From Chiloscyllium plagiosum (lineage: Eukaryota), in the NCBI RefSeq assembly GCF_004010195.1, contig NC_057751.1, forward strand, positions 3,320,264-3,340,263: a stretch of 20,000 nt of DNA, given 5' to 3'. Every line of letters starts with the position of its first letter. Position 1 is the first letter of the stretch. Shown here piece by piece: positions 10,230-19,574 of the stretch. A program made the position numbers and the translations under genes. The notes beneath the pieces were generated by a model. The model searched no databases, was not told where the DNA came from, and saw nothing but the letters and a program-made list of their open reading frames with translations.

Positions 10230-11085
10230 TCAGTTGATTGAATGACTGATGTGAAATCTTTCACAAGGCATAAACCCTTGTGTTGTTAGTAAAACCAACA
10301 ATTTGACAACTGAGTCAGGACAAACAGTATGGGAGGTCTGCAAGTCCATAAACAATTGGCCAAAAACTCCGAAGTCCATCCAAATGACAAGTGCTACTGC
10401 ATTTGTAAGTGCTTCTCAATCCATAAGCAAATGTTCACACAGATAATGATGCATGTGGTTCTTGTCCACCCCAGATTTGAATAGTTCCATCGCTAGCTGT
10501 GTTGCTCTCGGCTGTCTGCACCCTGAGCTCTGGAATGCCCCTCCAGTCTCTCTGTCTCTTCCAGTGTAAGGTGCTCCTTCAAATCTCCCTGCCTGCCTGA
10601 ATACCTCATCTGGGGTATCACTTATCGTTTTACTAATGGTATGAAACTGTGGGACTTGGGGATTTCTTCAAAATACTTTATTAGATTTCAGGGCACTATA
10701 TAATTGCAAGCTATTTGGTGCCCGTGTCCTCAACTGACATATTAGTTTGCAGAAAAACTTGTGAAAAATGAAAATTGTTGATGTGACAGAGGACTGTAGC
10801 ACTAGGAAAGAGGTTATCCAGGTCATTGCTCCTATCCTGCCATTTCATGAGATTCTGGTGAATCTAGACCAGAGGATCACCTTGCCCATCGATTGCATCA
10901 ATCTTAAAACCCTTGTACCATGGTAGAATGTTCCTTATGTTGGGTGGTCAGTTCAGCAGGAAACCCTCTGAGCTAAGCTCCATGTCAACCTGAGGGAACA
11001 GTTCAAGGTCAGGCACACCCTGTCACATTCCCGGGAAATATCGGCTCTCTGCTATTCCTGACCTTTCCTGAGCCTCCCTTCCTGG
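10230..11085 (-). pseudogene. VP30: Filovirus VP30-like gene remnant, split by an L2-like tail at ~10485-10715
   Basis: 11085->10713 reads ...FLLN*PPNIRNILPWYKGFKIDAIDGQGDPLV... (cf. Ebola [27 protein letters not shown]). 10480->10230 reads GVDKNHMHHYLCEHLLMD*EALTNAVALVIWMDFGVFGQLF...DSVVKLLVLLTTQGFMPCE (cf. KFSKSQLSLLCETHL...HSDKGGSF...QSLIMFITAFLNIALQLPCE). Lies directly upstream of the L remnant. Confidence 0.68.
10485..10715 (+). mobile_element. L2-like LINE 3' end fragment
   Basis: gctgtctgcaccctgagctctggaatgcccctcc (P.LWN.LP motif) and terminal gcactatataattgcaagctatt typical of L2-type tails. Confidence 0.6.
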
Positions 11086-11360
11086 TAATTGGACAAAGTC
11101 AACATGGACTGATGAAGGGGAAATCACATTGAATAAAACTGATCAGATGATTTGAGGATATTATGAGCAGCGTTGATAAGGGGTTCCAAGTGGTTGTGGT
11201 GTCTTTCGATATTTCAGAAGTTCCACAATGGAGGTTAGTAAAACAAAAAATCAAGTGCATGGGATTGAATTTAATATGTTGGAGTGGATTTAGAGTTGGT
11301 TAAACATGCATACAGCAGGAATAAATGGGCCTTTCTCAGGAAGGCAAGCTCTGGAAAGTG

Positions 11361-11596
11361 GTGGAAATGTGTTGCTGGAAAAGCGCAGCAGGTCAGGCAG
11401 CATCTAGGGAACAGGAGAATCGACGTTTCGGGCATTAGCCCTTCTTCAGGAATGCCTGAAGAAGGCATTCCTGAAGAAGGGCTAATGCCCGAAACGTCGA
11501 TTCTCCTGTTCCCTAGATGCTGCCTGACCTGCTCCGCTTTTCCAGCAACACATTTCCATCTCTGATCTCCAGCATCTGCAGACCTCACTTTCTCCT
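11361..11596. mobile_element. Young Penelope pLTR-derived palindromic insertion with 16-bp TSD
   Basis: 96-bp inverted arms 11362-11457 / 11463-11558 with 1 mismatch, then a 38-bp tail. Perfect TSD CAAGCTCTGGAAAGTG at 11345-11360 and 11597-11612. Confidence 0.88.
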
Positions 11597-12574
11597 CAAG
11601 CTCTGGAAAGTGTGTGACTGCAATGATCAATGCTTGTGTCCCACCGGTTGACAATCTCTATCAATGATTTGGATGTCAGGGCCATTTGTGGGATTTCCAA
11701 ATTTAAAAATAATGCAAAACCTTTTGTGAGTTGTGAGGAGGAAGTAAAGATGGCTCGAGGAGATCTACACGGGCTAAGTTAGTGTTACGCCAAATGGAAT
11801 ATAGTATGGAGAAATCTAACATTATCCACTTGGGTCAGAGGAATAAAACACGCAGGTGTTGGCATTCAAAAAGTATGGATGTACTTGGAAAAGGAAAACT
11901 TTTAACTGCTATGTTGTCCTTTACTGCAAAAGGATTCGAGTGCAGGAATAAGAAAACCTTGCTGTAATTGTACAGGGCTTTGGTGAAACTGCATCTACAA
12001 TACAGTGTGCAGGTTTTCCCTCTGCGTTAAAGGAACAATCTATTCGCATTGGAGACAGTCCAGGGATGGCTCACGAAACTAGTCCCTGGGATGAGATGGT
12101 TATCCTTCAGTGGGAGACTAAGGAATTTGGGACAATACTCTCTGGAATTTGATCTCACTGAAACATACAACAATCTGAAAGGGGTTTGTTGGGGCTGACA
12201 CTGGGAAGTTTTTTCTCTTAGCTGGGATGTTGAAACTAGAGTGACATAGTTTCAGGATAAGATGTGGGTCATTTTGGACTGAAATGAGAAGTGTTTTTTT
12301 TAACTCAGACATTTGTCAATCCTAGGGAATTCTCTGCCCCAGAAGGTTGTGGCTGCGGGATTAGTGGACTTGATTTAGGGCTGGGATTGACAGATATTTG
12401 GTCTCTCGGAGAATGAAAGAATATGAGGAGCGGGTGGGAAGGTGGAGTGTTACAATGTGCAGACAGACAGCTGAACCAAAGCAGCCTTTGTGTTCAGAAC
12501 ACAGGAAAATTATAACCTTCAAAGACCCTCAAAATTGACTCCCCTGGTTTCCACTCAGACTTTTGAATCACAAA

Positions 12575-12770
12575 GGAAAAAGTGAGTACTGCAGATGCTG
12601 GAGATCAGAATGGAGAGTGTGGTGATTCCCCCCAACCCCCTCCCCTTTATCTCACAGCCCCGGCCCACAAGCCTCATTCCTGATCAAGGGCTTTTGCCTG
12701 AAACGTCGATTCTCCTGCTCCTCAGATGCTGCCTGACCTGCTGTGTTTTCCCAGCAACACACTCTCGACT
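12575..12770. mobile_element. Penelope pLTR-derived element
   Basis: Same family as 11361 (gaaacgtcgattctcctgctcc...gatgctgcctgacctgctg). Degenerate TSD gacttttgaatcacaaa (12558-12574) / gacttctgcatcactaa (12767-12783), 14/17 identical. Confidence 0.8.
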
Positions 12771-12954
12771 TCTGCATCACTAATCCCAGAATCAATTCCA
12801 GGCACTGGTTTGTATCTTAAACAAAAGAATTAGCAATTTATTAATAATATAGTAACTTTGGCTGAGTCATAATTAAACAATAAAGTAATCTCATTGGTCT
12901 GTGCTGTAAACACAATGAACTTTCTTTTCAGTCCCATTCACACAAAAGCAGACA

Positions 12955-13095
12955 GACAGGAGGCTGGAAGAACACAGCAAGCCAGGCAGCACCAGGAGGT
13001 GGACAAGTCAACGTTTCGGGTCAACTGTCTTCTTCCAGCCTCCCTCCTGTCTACTTTGGATTCCAGTATCTGCAGGTTTTTTTTGTCTTTACTTG
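12955..13095. mobile_element. Penelope pLTR-derived inverted-repeat element, second subfamily
   Basis: Inverted arms agacaggaggctggaagaacacag / ctgtcttcttccagcctc...cctgtct. Flanking direct repeat ttcacacaaaag(g)cagacagaca at 12937 and 13096. Confidence 0.75.
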
Positions 13096-14194
13096 TTCAC
13101 ACAAAAGGCAGACAGACAAACATGTTTCAGGGATAAGTCAAAGAAAATAACAAATTGGCCAGATTACGAAAACGGTTTTCAAGATGTGTTGTCCCACAGG
13201 CACATATGATTTTCTGAAGATGTCAATCAGGGTCACCTTTGCAGTTCACTCAGATAAAAGTTGTCACAGCTATACATTAGTTTTGTATTCCCTGAACACA
13301 CAAAAGCTGATAAGAGAAGTTAGTTTTCACATCCTCATATTTTTTGCATCACCAGCCAGATTCCTTCTCTCAGAAAACACAGACCAAAACCCAATTCAAA
13401 CCTGACCACCCCTGACAGACTGACTATGTCCTCCATGAGGTCCTAGTTACCACTCAACATCTGCCATATGTTTGAGCACAAGATCTTTTCCAGACTTATT
13501 GAAACGAGTTCCCAAGTACTGACCACATTAATAGCCAACTGCTGAAATCTAATTAATTGTGATATTCTTCCCTGATGAGAAAGCATTTGCAGAACCTTTT
13601 GATCAGGGACAAACCTGCAATTCACTTCCAGGTCTGGCCTCACAAATAAACAAAACCTGTTTGATCAGTTTTTCTCTTTCAACACAAGCTGTTAGCCTCA
13701 GTCCAAACGTCACCTCAGTTCCCAGTTCACAGCTACAAACCAAAATAACATAAAAATAATGACATTTCACAAGGGCTCCAACAGGAGTTGAAGCCCATGT
13801 TTTGCCATGATTACATTGAATGACAGGGCAGCATCAATGGGGCCAAATAGCCTACCCATTATCTATCTCTTATGTTCTTCTGTTTCAGTTAAGAATAAAT
13901 GAAAAGATTGTGGAAACGTGATTGGTGAAGCCTGTGCTCCCTGTGGAAGGAGTAGTGTACCTTATGGCCCTTCTTTGATCTGAATGACTGGCTGCATATG
14001 AATGATGATGGTGAGTATGATGGGGTGTCACCCATGGGTGCTGCTGTTTTCTCATTGTGTCACAGATTGGTAGGTGAGCACCAGACCTGGCTCAATTGGC
14101 TGACACTGTTCTCTGTTTCAGCAGGTTCCCGGTTCGCGTTCGCTTTTCAGAGTGAGATACTTTTCTTCATGTACTTGGTTTCTAACGTCCACAC

Positions 14195-14270
14195 GGAGAT
14201 AATGGCATCATGGTAATACCACGAGCAATCCAGAGACCCAAATGAATGATACCCTGGTTTCACCTCCCAA
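14195..14270 (+). mobile_element. Possible degenerate tRNA-derived SINE head
   Basis: tggcatcatggtaat (A-box-like)...aatccagagaccca...ctggtttcacctccc (B-box-like). Confidence 0.4.
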
Positions 14271-14289
14271 CTTGATAAAAAGCCTTTTC

Positions 14290-15290
14290 TCAACCTTCCG
14301 GTTGGTGCCTGCAACACAGCTTGGTGTTCCCATTTGAGCAGTTGTACAGAACTCAGCCGAACCATGTGAGTTCTCCCCTTGACATTACTGGCCGTGTTAC
14401 TGGAATTACTTGTTTTGGTAATACGTTCTGACCAGATTTTGGCAAGCCAACAAGGCAGTTCACAGATCAGGTATGTTGGGCTGAAACCTTCAATGAGCCA
14501 CTGGAAACATTTTGTTCCCTTTGCCAACTATTTATTTCTGTTTGAGGAAATGATTTTACTGTCTCCGACTTGCCTAGAAATGTGCAATCCTTTGCAAGAT
14601 CTCTGAATAAAAAGGAAGTGACCTGACAGAGGTCTTTAAAATGACCTTTGATCGGGTCATCTTTGGGAAGATATTTCTTCTTGTGTGGAAGAGCGGAACA
14701 AAAGGCCAGTCATGAATAAACGTCAGGCATCGGTTTAACTTGGAGTTCAGGGGAACTGTCCCTCTCCAGTGAATGCTCAGAATCTGGAAGTGCCTGCCCA
14801 GATGTTGTTGTTGTGGGTTGTTGGTTCCACAGTTGGTGCCTGTTGTCATGCTGCTGTTGTCACTGGTGCTCAGGATGTCCCACAGATAGTTCTGACATTG
14901 TTGGTTCTTGGTTACAGTGTCGCTCAGTTGTGAAAATGCATGTTGTGAACCGTCATGCCACACTCACAAGCATTGTTTTGGGTATCTTTCGACCACGTCT
15001 ACCTCAGCCCATAGAACTATGTGTCAATCTTCCATCCCGCGAATGTGATGGAAACACCTCCTTTTGATGGGCGTCATTACACTCGGGAGATGTGACTTTG
15101 AGAGGGGTGCCACATTGGTCCCTTGGAGAGAGTTCCAGAATGTGCAGCAAATGCTTTCTCTCAGCTGAGACCCTCCTTCTGATCCCGAATCCGAATCTCT
15201 CTCAGAATCTTTGTCTGAATAAAAACTTTTTGTGTATGTCAGGCTTTTCAGATTTGAATCTTCAATGGCTGAAAGTCGGAGCCTGGGAGA
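14290..15290 (-). pseudogene. VP35: Filovirus VP35-like gene remnant (coiled-coil region plus C-terminal interferon-inhibitory-domain-like region)
   Basis: One frame 14820->14290 with few stops reads KPMPDVYS*LAFCSALPHKKKYLPKDDPIKGHFKDLCQVTSFLFRD...LPKSGQNVLPKQVIPVTRPVMSRGELTWFG*VLYNCSNGNT (cf. Ebola KPDISAKDLRNIMYDHLPGFGTAFHQLVQVICKLGKD...[33 protein letters not shown]). An upstream frame 15290->14830 has only two stops in ~150 codons. Confidence 0.7.
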
Positions 15291-15291
15291 G

Positions 15292-15650
15292 TCAATGAAT
15301 GGTCACAGCACAGAAGGTGGCCACTCAGCCCCAATGGGTCTGCATCAACTCTTTGCAACAGAAACTCACTTAGTCCCACTCTCCTTGCCTTTTTCTGCAA
15401 ATCTTTTGTCTTCAGCTGATGATCATCTGAATTGTCTTTTGAATGCCTCAGTTGAATCTATCTCGAGTAAACACTGTGTGATCAAGACTTTTCCTCCAAC
15501 TGCTGCTGCTTTTTTAGCCCATCACCTTCAATCAGCGCCCTCTGGTTCTTTATTAATTCTCTGGTGTCAACAGTTTCTCTCTGTCAGCTGTGTCTTCACT
15601 GCTCATAGTTCTGTCAAATCTCCTCTCTCTCCCAAGGACAAAGTGTCCAC
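15292..15650 (-). mobile_element. Old CR1 3' end
   Basis: Begins with antisense tail gaatggtcacagcacagaaggtggccactcagccc, followed by ttttgaatgcctcagttgaatct, typical of antisense CR1. Confidence 0.7.
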
Positions 15651-15664
15651 ACAAACAAAACAGC

Positions 15665-15960
15665 TAGGGCTGCCTCAGTTTTGGATTCTCCTGGAATCTC
15701 CGGGAATTACAGATTAAAGCTGGAGACAACCCAGGCAAAACAACCTCTTGAGCATTTCACTGCATGCCCCTTGTTTCCTCTTTGTTTGAGAACTTCCTCA
15801 TCTCAGTTGTAAAAATATTGGAGGTGGGAAAATTGCCTTTTGACTGACAGTCAAGAATTATTCAGGAGATTATCAAAGAACCTGTCACTTTTCTCTTTGT
15901 GTGGGAAGGCGCGACATTGAAATGATGGAGAAGTCAGTCAATCAGTCCAGGACGGAACAG
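15665..15960. mobile_element. Possible hAT-like DNA transposon fragment
   Basis: Starts tagggctgcc (TAGGGTTGCC-like TIR) with ctggaatctccgggaatt subterminal motif. No partner TIR found. Confidence 0.3.
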
Positions 15961-15974
15961 CCACTTGATTGACA

Positions 15975-16365
15975 CCACATTCACTCCCTGAAACATTCTT
16001 TCCCTCCATCACCAACACCCACTGGCATCAGTGTGTACCATCTACAAGATGCGCTGCAGAAATTCTTCAGGCCCTCAGACAGCACCTTCCAAACCCACAA
16101 CCACTGCCATTTTGAAGGACAAGGGCAGCAGATACATGGGAACACCATCCCCTGCAAGTTACCCTCCAAGCTACTCACAATCCTGACTTGGAAATATATC
16201 ACTGTTCCTTCAGTGTCGCTGGGTCAGAATCCTGCGAGTGCCCCCTCAAGGGTATTGTGGGTCCACTTACAGTAGAAGTTCAAGAAGGCAGCTCACCATC
16301 ACCTTCTGAAGGATAACGGGGGAAGGGCGGTAAATGCTGGTCCAGTCCCCAACCTCCCATGACTG
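15975..16365 (+). mobile_element. CR1/L2-superfamily LINE 3' end (distinct elasmobranch family)
   Basis: Translates SLHHQHPLASVCTIYKMRCRNS..., with tail gttcaagaaggcagctcaccatcaccttct...taaatgctggtccag. Confidence 0.75.
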
Positions 16366-16549
16366 AAAGTAATCAGTGTCTGGCAAGTGGAAAGATGGAG
16401 TCACCGGAGGTGAAAGATCATGTGATGAATCCTCCAGAAAGACGTGTAAAAGGGTTGGGACTCCAAGGGAGGGGTAAGCAGTTTGTGGCAACATTGGTTT
16501 TGTGTTTATTCTTGCAAACAGATCAAAGAATTCCATTTAAACAAGGAGA

Positions 16550-18425
16550 GCCAGCAAGGATTCATAACAGGTCCGTTCTGCCTGACAAACCTCATGGAAT
16601 TCATTTGAAGAGGTGACTAAGATCATGGGCAGGGGACTGTCGGTGGATGTTGTTGATGTGGATTTCCAGAAGGCATTTGATGAAGTCTCATCTATGTGAC
16701 TATTAACTCAGGAAGGAGTCCACGTTTTTTGAGGGCGAATTATTGACATGGCTGGGAAACTGGTTGAGTTGCAGATGACAGAATGTGGGGATACTTGCGA
16801 GTTACTCAAATTGGCAGAGTGTGACCCGTGGTGTTCCATGTGGATCTGTGTTAGTGCCTCAATTATTCACAATCTGCACCAATCACTTGGATAATGCCAT
16901 TGAAAACCATACAAATCCAGATTTGCTGATGTCACAAAGTTTGGTAACATTATAGACGGTATGGATAAAATTCCAAAGGGACTAAGTGAATGGGCAAAAC
17001 AGTAGCAGATGGAGTTCAGCGTAAGCAAGTGGGAGGTTTGGATTGAAAAAGGGTAGATCAGGGTACTTTCTGGACAGCATGCAGTTAAAAGCAATGGATG
17101 ACCGAAACAAAGTGCAAATAGACTTGGGGGTTGAGGTGTCTATTCCTTTAAAATGTCACAAACAAGTGCAGAAAATAATCAAGAAGGTGAATGGGTTTCT
17201 GTGGCATTGCTGAGAGATGAACTGGACAGGGTTGCCACTTTGTCACAGGATGGCTTTGGTGCACCCTGGACAAGTAATGTATCCGACAGGAAGATTATTA
17301 TTAAATTGGAGAGGGTTCAGAAAAGATTGAGAATATTGTTGCCAGGACTGGAGCCTTTGGGTTATAAAGAGAGGCTGGATCAGCTCGGCCTTTGTTCACT
17401 GGGGTGGAGGAGGTTGCAGGGAGACCTTGTAGAGGTTCAGAAACCATGAGGGGCAGGGATAGGTGAACAGCAAAGATCTTTTCCCTTGGTTTGGGGTGTT
17501 GAAAACTACAGGGTTTAAGATGAGAGGGGAAAGATTTAAAAGGGACCTGAGGGGCAACCTTTTCACACAGAGGGTGGTTCGTATATGGAATGAACTGCTA
17601 GAGGAAGTGGTGGAGGCTGGTCCAGTTATGACATTTAAAAGACAATTGGACAGGTACATTAATCGGAAAGGTTGAGAGGGGTATGAACCAAACGCAGGCA
17701 AATGGGACTAGTTTAGTTTTGGAAATATGCTCGGCATGGACTAATTGAATCGAGGGATCCACTTCTGTTCTGTATGACTCGACGACTCTCTAATGGAATG
17801 CTGTTTTTGATATCTCGAGGCCAGAAGTACATCCAGATGCAGAAGTTGTGCTGCAGTTATACTAAACCCTGATTGGTCCTCATTTGGAACACTGTCAGCA
17901 GATCTGGGCATACCAGCTTTGGAAGAATATACTGGTCTTGGAGAGAGTACAATGCAAGTTTCCAAGAATGATACCTGGACTTCAGGGGTAAGTTATGAGG
18001 AGAGATTAGGCCTGCTTTCTCTAGAATTTTGAAGATTACAGTGTTATCTGATTGAGATCTTCAAGATATTAATAGGAAAAGACAGGGCAAATGAAGATAA
18101 ATTATTTCCAAGGTTGGAGATCTTCGAACCAGGGGCATTGTCTGAGGGTCAGACCATTCAGGAGAGATGTTTGGAAGCATTTCAAAACACAAAGGGTGGG
18201 AGGGCTTTGGAACTGTCTTCCGTAAATGGCAGTGCACGCAGAATCAGTTGTTATCTTCAAATCTGAGATCCATTATTTTTTGAGAAGCAAAGATTTTAAG
18301 GGATATGGGCTAAAGGAAGATATATGAAGTTCGGCCACAGATCAACCATAATCTCATTGCATGGTGGAACAGGTTCAAGGGGCTGAATGGCCTCCTCCTG
18401 TTCCTCTGTTTTTATGTTCCTATTC
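16550..18425 (+). mobile_element. Old CR1 LINE (16550-~17190, resuming ~17790-18425) with a younger CR1/HER1 copy nested at ~17240-17790
   Basis: QGFITG..CLTNL, DFQKAFDEV, GVPCGSVL and RFADVTKFG remnants. Nested LERVQKR...FTQRVVRIWNELL plus tail. Two separate 3' tails at ~17785 and ~18420. Confidence 0.88.
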
Positions 18426-18566
18426 TCTTGATATACGATTTCTGTCGCTGATGGATTGATCTCAGAGCTTAAAGGTGTGTTCTGTGTTTTCAGAAAAGAT
18501 TGGAGGCAGCTGAAAGTTGATTCACTCTGAAGAAGGGGTTATTTATCAAAAGTTTCGAAACAGGTA

Positions 18567-18942
18567 AGGCCTTTATTTACTCGGGTTCACAAAATGAGAT
18601 GTGATCTTATCGAAACATACAACATTCTGAGGGGCTTGACAGGTTGGATACTGAGAAGACGTTTCCACCCAGTGGTGGACACATTCCCAGAAGAAGCAGA
18701 CTCTCATTTAACACTGAGATATGAAGGAATTCCTTCTCTCAGGTGGCAGTGAATGGCCAGAAATCATTGTCCCAGAAAGTTGTGGTGTTGAAATCTTTGG
18801 AAGTACTTCAAGAGAAGGCGGACAGATTGTCAAATGGCACGCAGTTGAGGGCAATGAGGAGCTAGCATGAAACAGCAGCTGAGGCCTGCAACGGGTGAGC
18901 TGTGATGAATGGCCTACTCCTGCTTCTGTCGATTAAGTTCTT
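18567..18942 (+). mobile_element. Old CR1 3' end
   Basis: gtgatcttatcgaaacatacaacattctgagggg (DLIETYNILRG) through the tail gaatggcctactcctgcttct. Confidence 0.8.
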
Positions 18943-19574
18943 TCATAATATTCTCAGCCATTTGATGTCTCCTTCTTGTAATGTTGTTTCTTTGATGTCA
19001 GCTTGTTATGAGTAACCATTCCCCATTTGGAAAGGAAGGATTGTTGTGACCTGGGTGACTGACGCTACCTTTTCTTGTTGGCACCCTTGCCAATTTTCTG
19101 CAATGATTCTGTTCTGGCTCCTGATGCTTGGGAGAAGGATTTGCGTTCATTCTGGAGCATCCTGGTGCAGACACTGAGCTGCTGCAGACGGGCACCATTT
19201 GGTTACCATGGTGCAGCCCACATGAAGCAGAATGTGAGGGATGGGGGAAACGGCACGGAGCTGAAGGTGAGCTGACAAACCAGGACGTGCAAGCAATCCG
19301 GAGAGAACCCACAAGAACCAGTGGAGACCTGGGAAGAGTCTCGCAAAACCTGAGTGGCTGGTTATCCAACGATGGAGAGTAGAGTGGGGGGAATCTCTCA
19401 AATCAAGGTGGGAGCCAGGATAGGTCAGTGAACAGGGACCTGATGTGAATTCAGAAATGGACAGCAGGGTTTTGGGGTGTGATATTCACTCAAAGTGCTG
19501 TCACCTACAAGATGGGAGAGAAACAGTTCAATGGAAAGTGGGATTTGGATGGGTGGCTAATTCAGAAAAAAACT

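Larger units (their letters stand above)
12448..13783 (-). mobile_element. Solo LTR with 4-bp TSD, containing two nested Penelope-derived elements
   Basis: TGTT...AACA termini and GGAG duplicated at 12444-12447 and 13784-13787, splitting the CR1 3' UTR (ggaaggtggag|ttgaag). Strand inferred only from tttatt at ~12837. Confidence 0.8.
11088..13885 (+). mobile_element. Old CR1 LINE in three pieces (11088-11360, 11613-12447, 13788-13885), host to nested insertions
   Basis: Degenerate QSQHGLMKGKS..., YINDLD, LYRALVKLHLQYSVQ and 3' UTR. The pieces rejoin at the TSDs of the nested elements. Confidence 0.85.

Noticed and set aside
14420..14690. Minus-strand HTRR and IEG...LICEL, resembling a filovirus GP furin site and GP2
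   Set aside because: No following immunosuppressive motif, CX6CC or transmembrane segment; an overlapping frame gives a longer, two-block match to VP35.
18494..18563. Exon-like 70-bp segment (tgtgttttcag|...cag|gtaagg), also containing ctgaaga...gaaac
   Set aside because: Stops in all three frames and no partner exons seen; hammerhead stems do not pair. A non-coding exon cannot be excluded without RNA data.
19558..19572. taattcagaaaaaaa, resembling a filovirus gene-end signal
   Set aside because: On the wrong strand for the inferred viral sense and adjacent to a TE junction.
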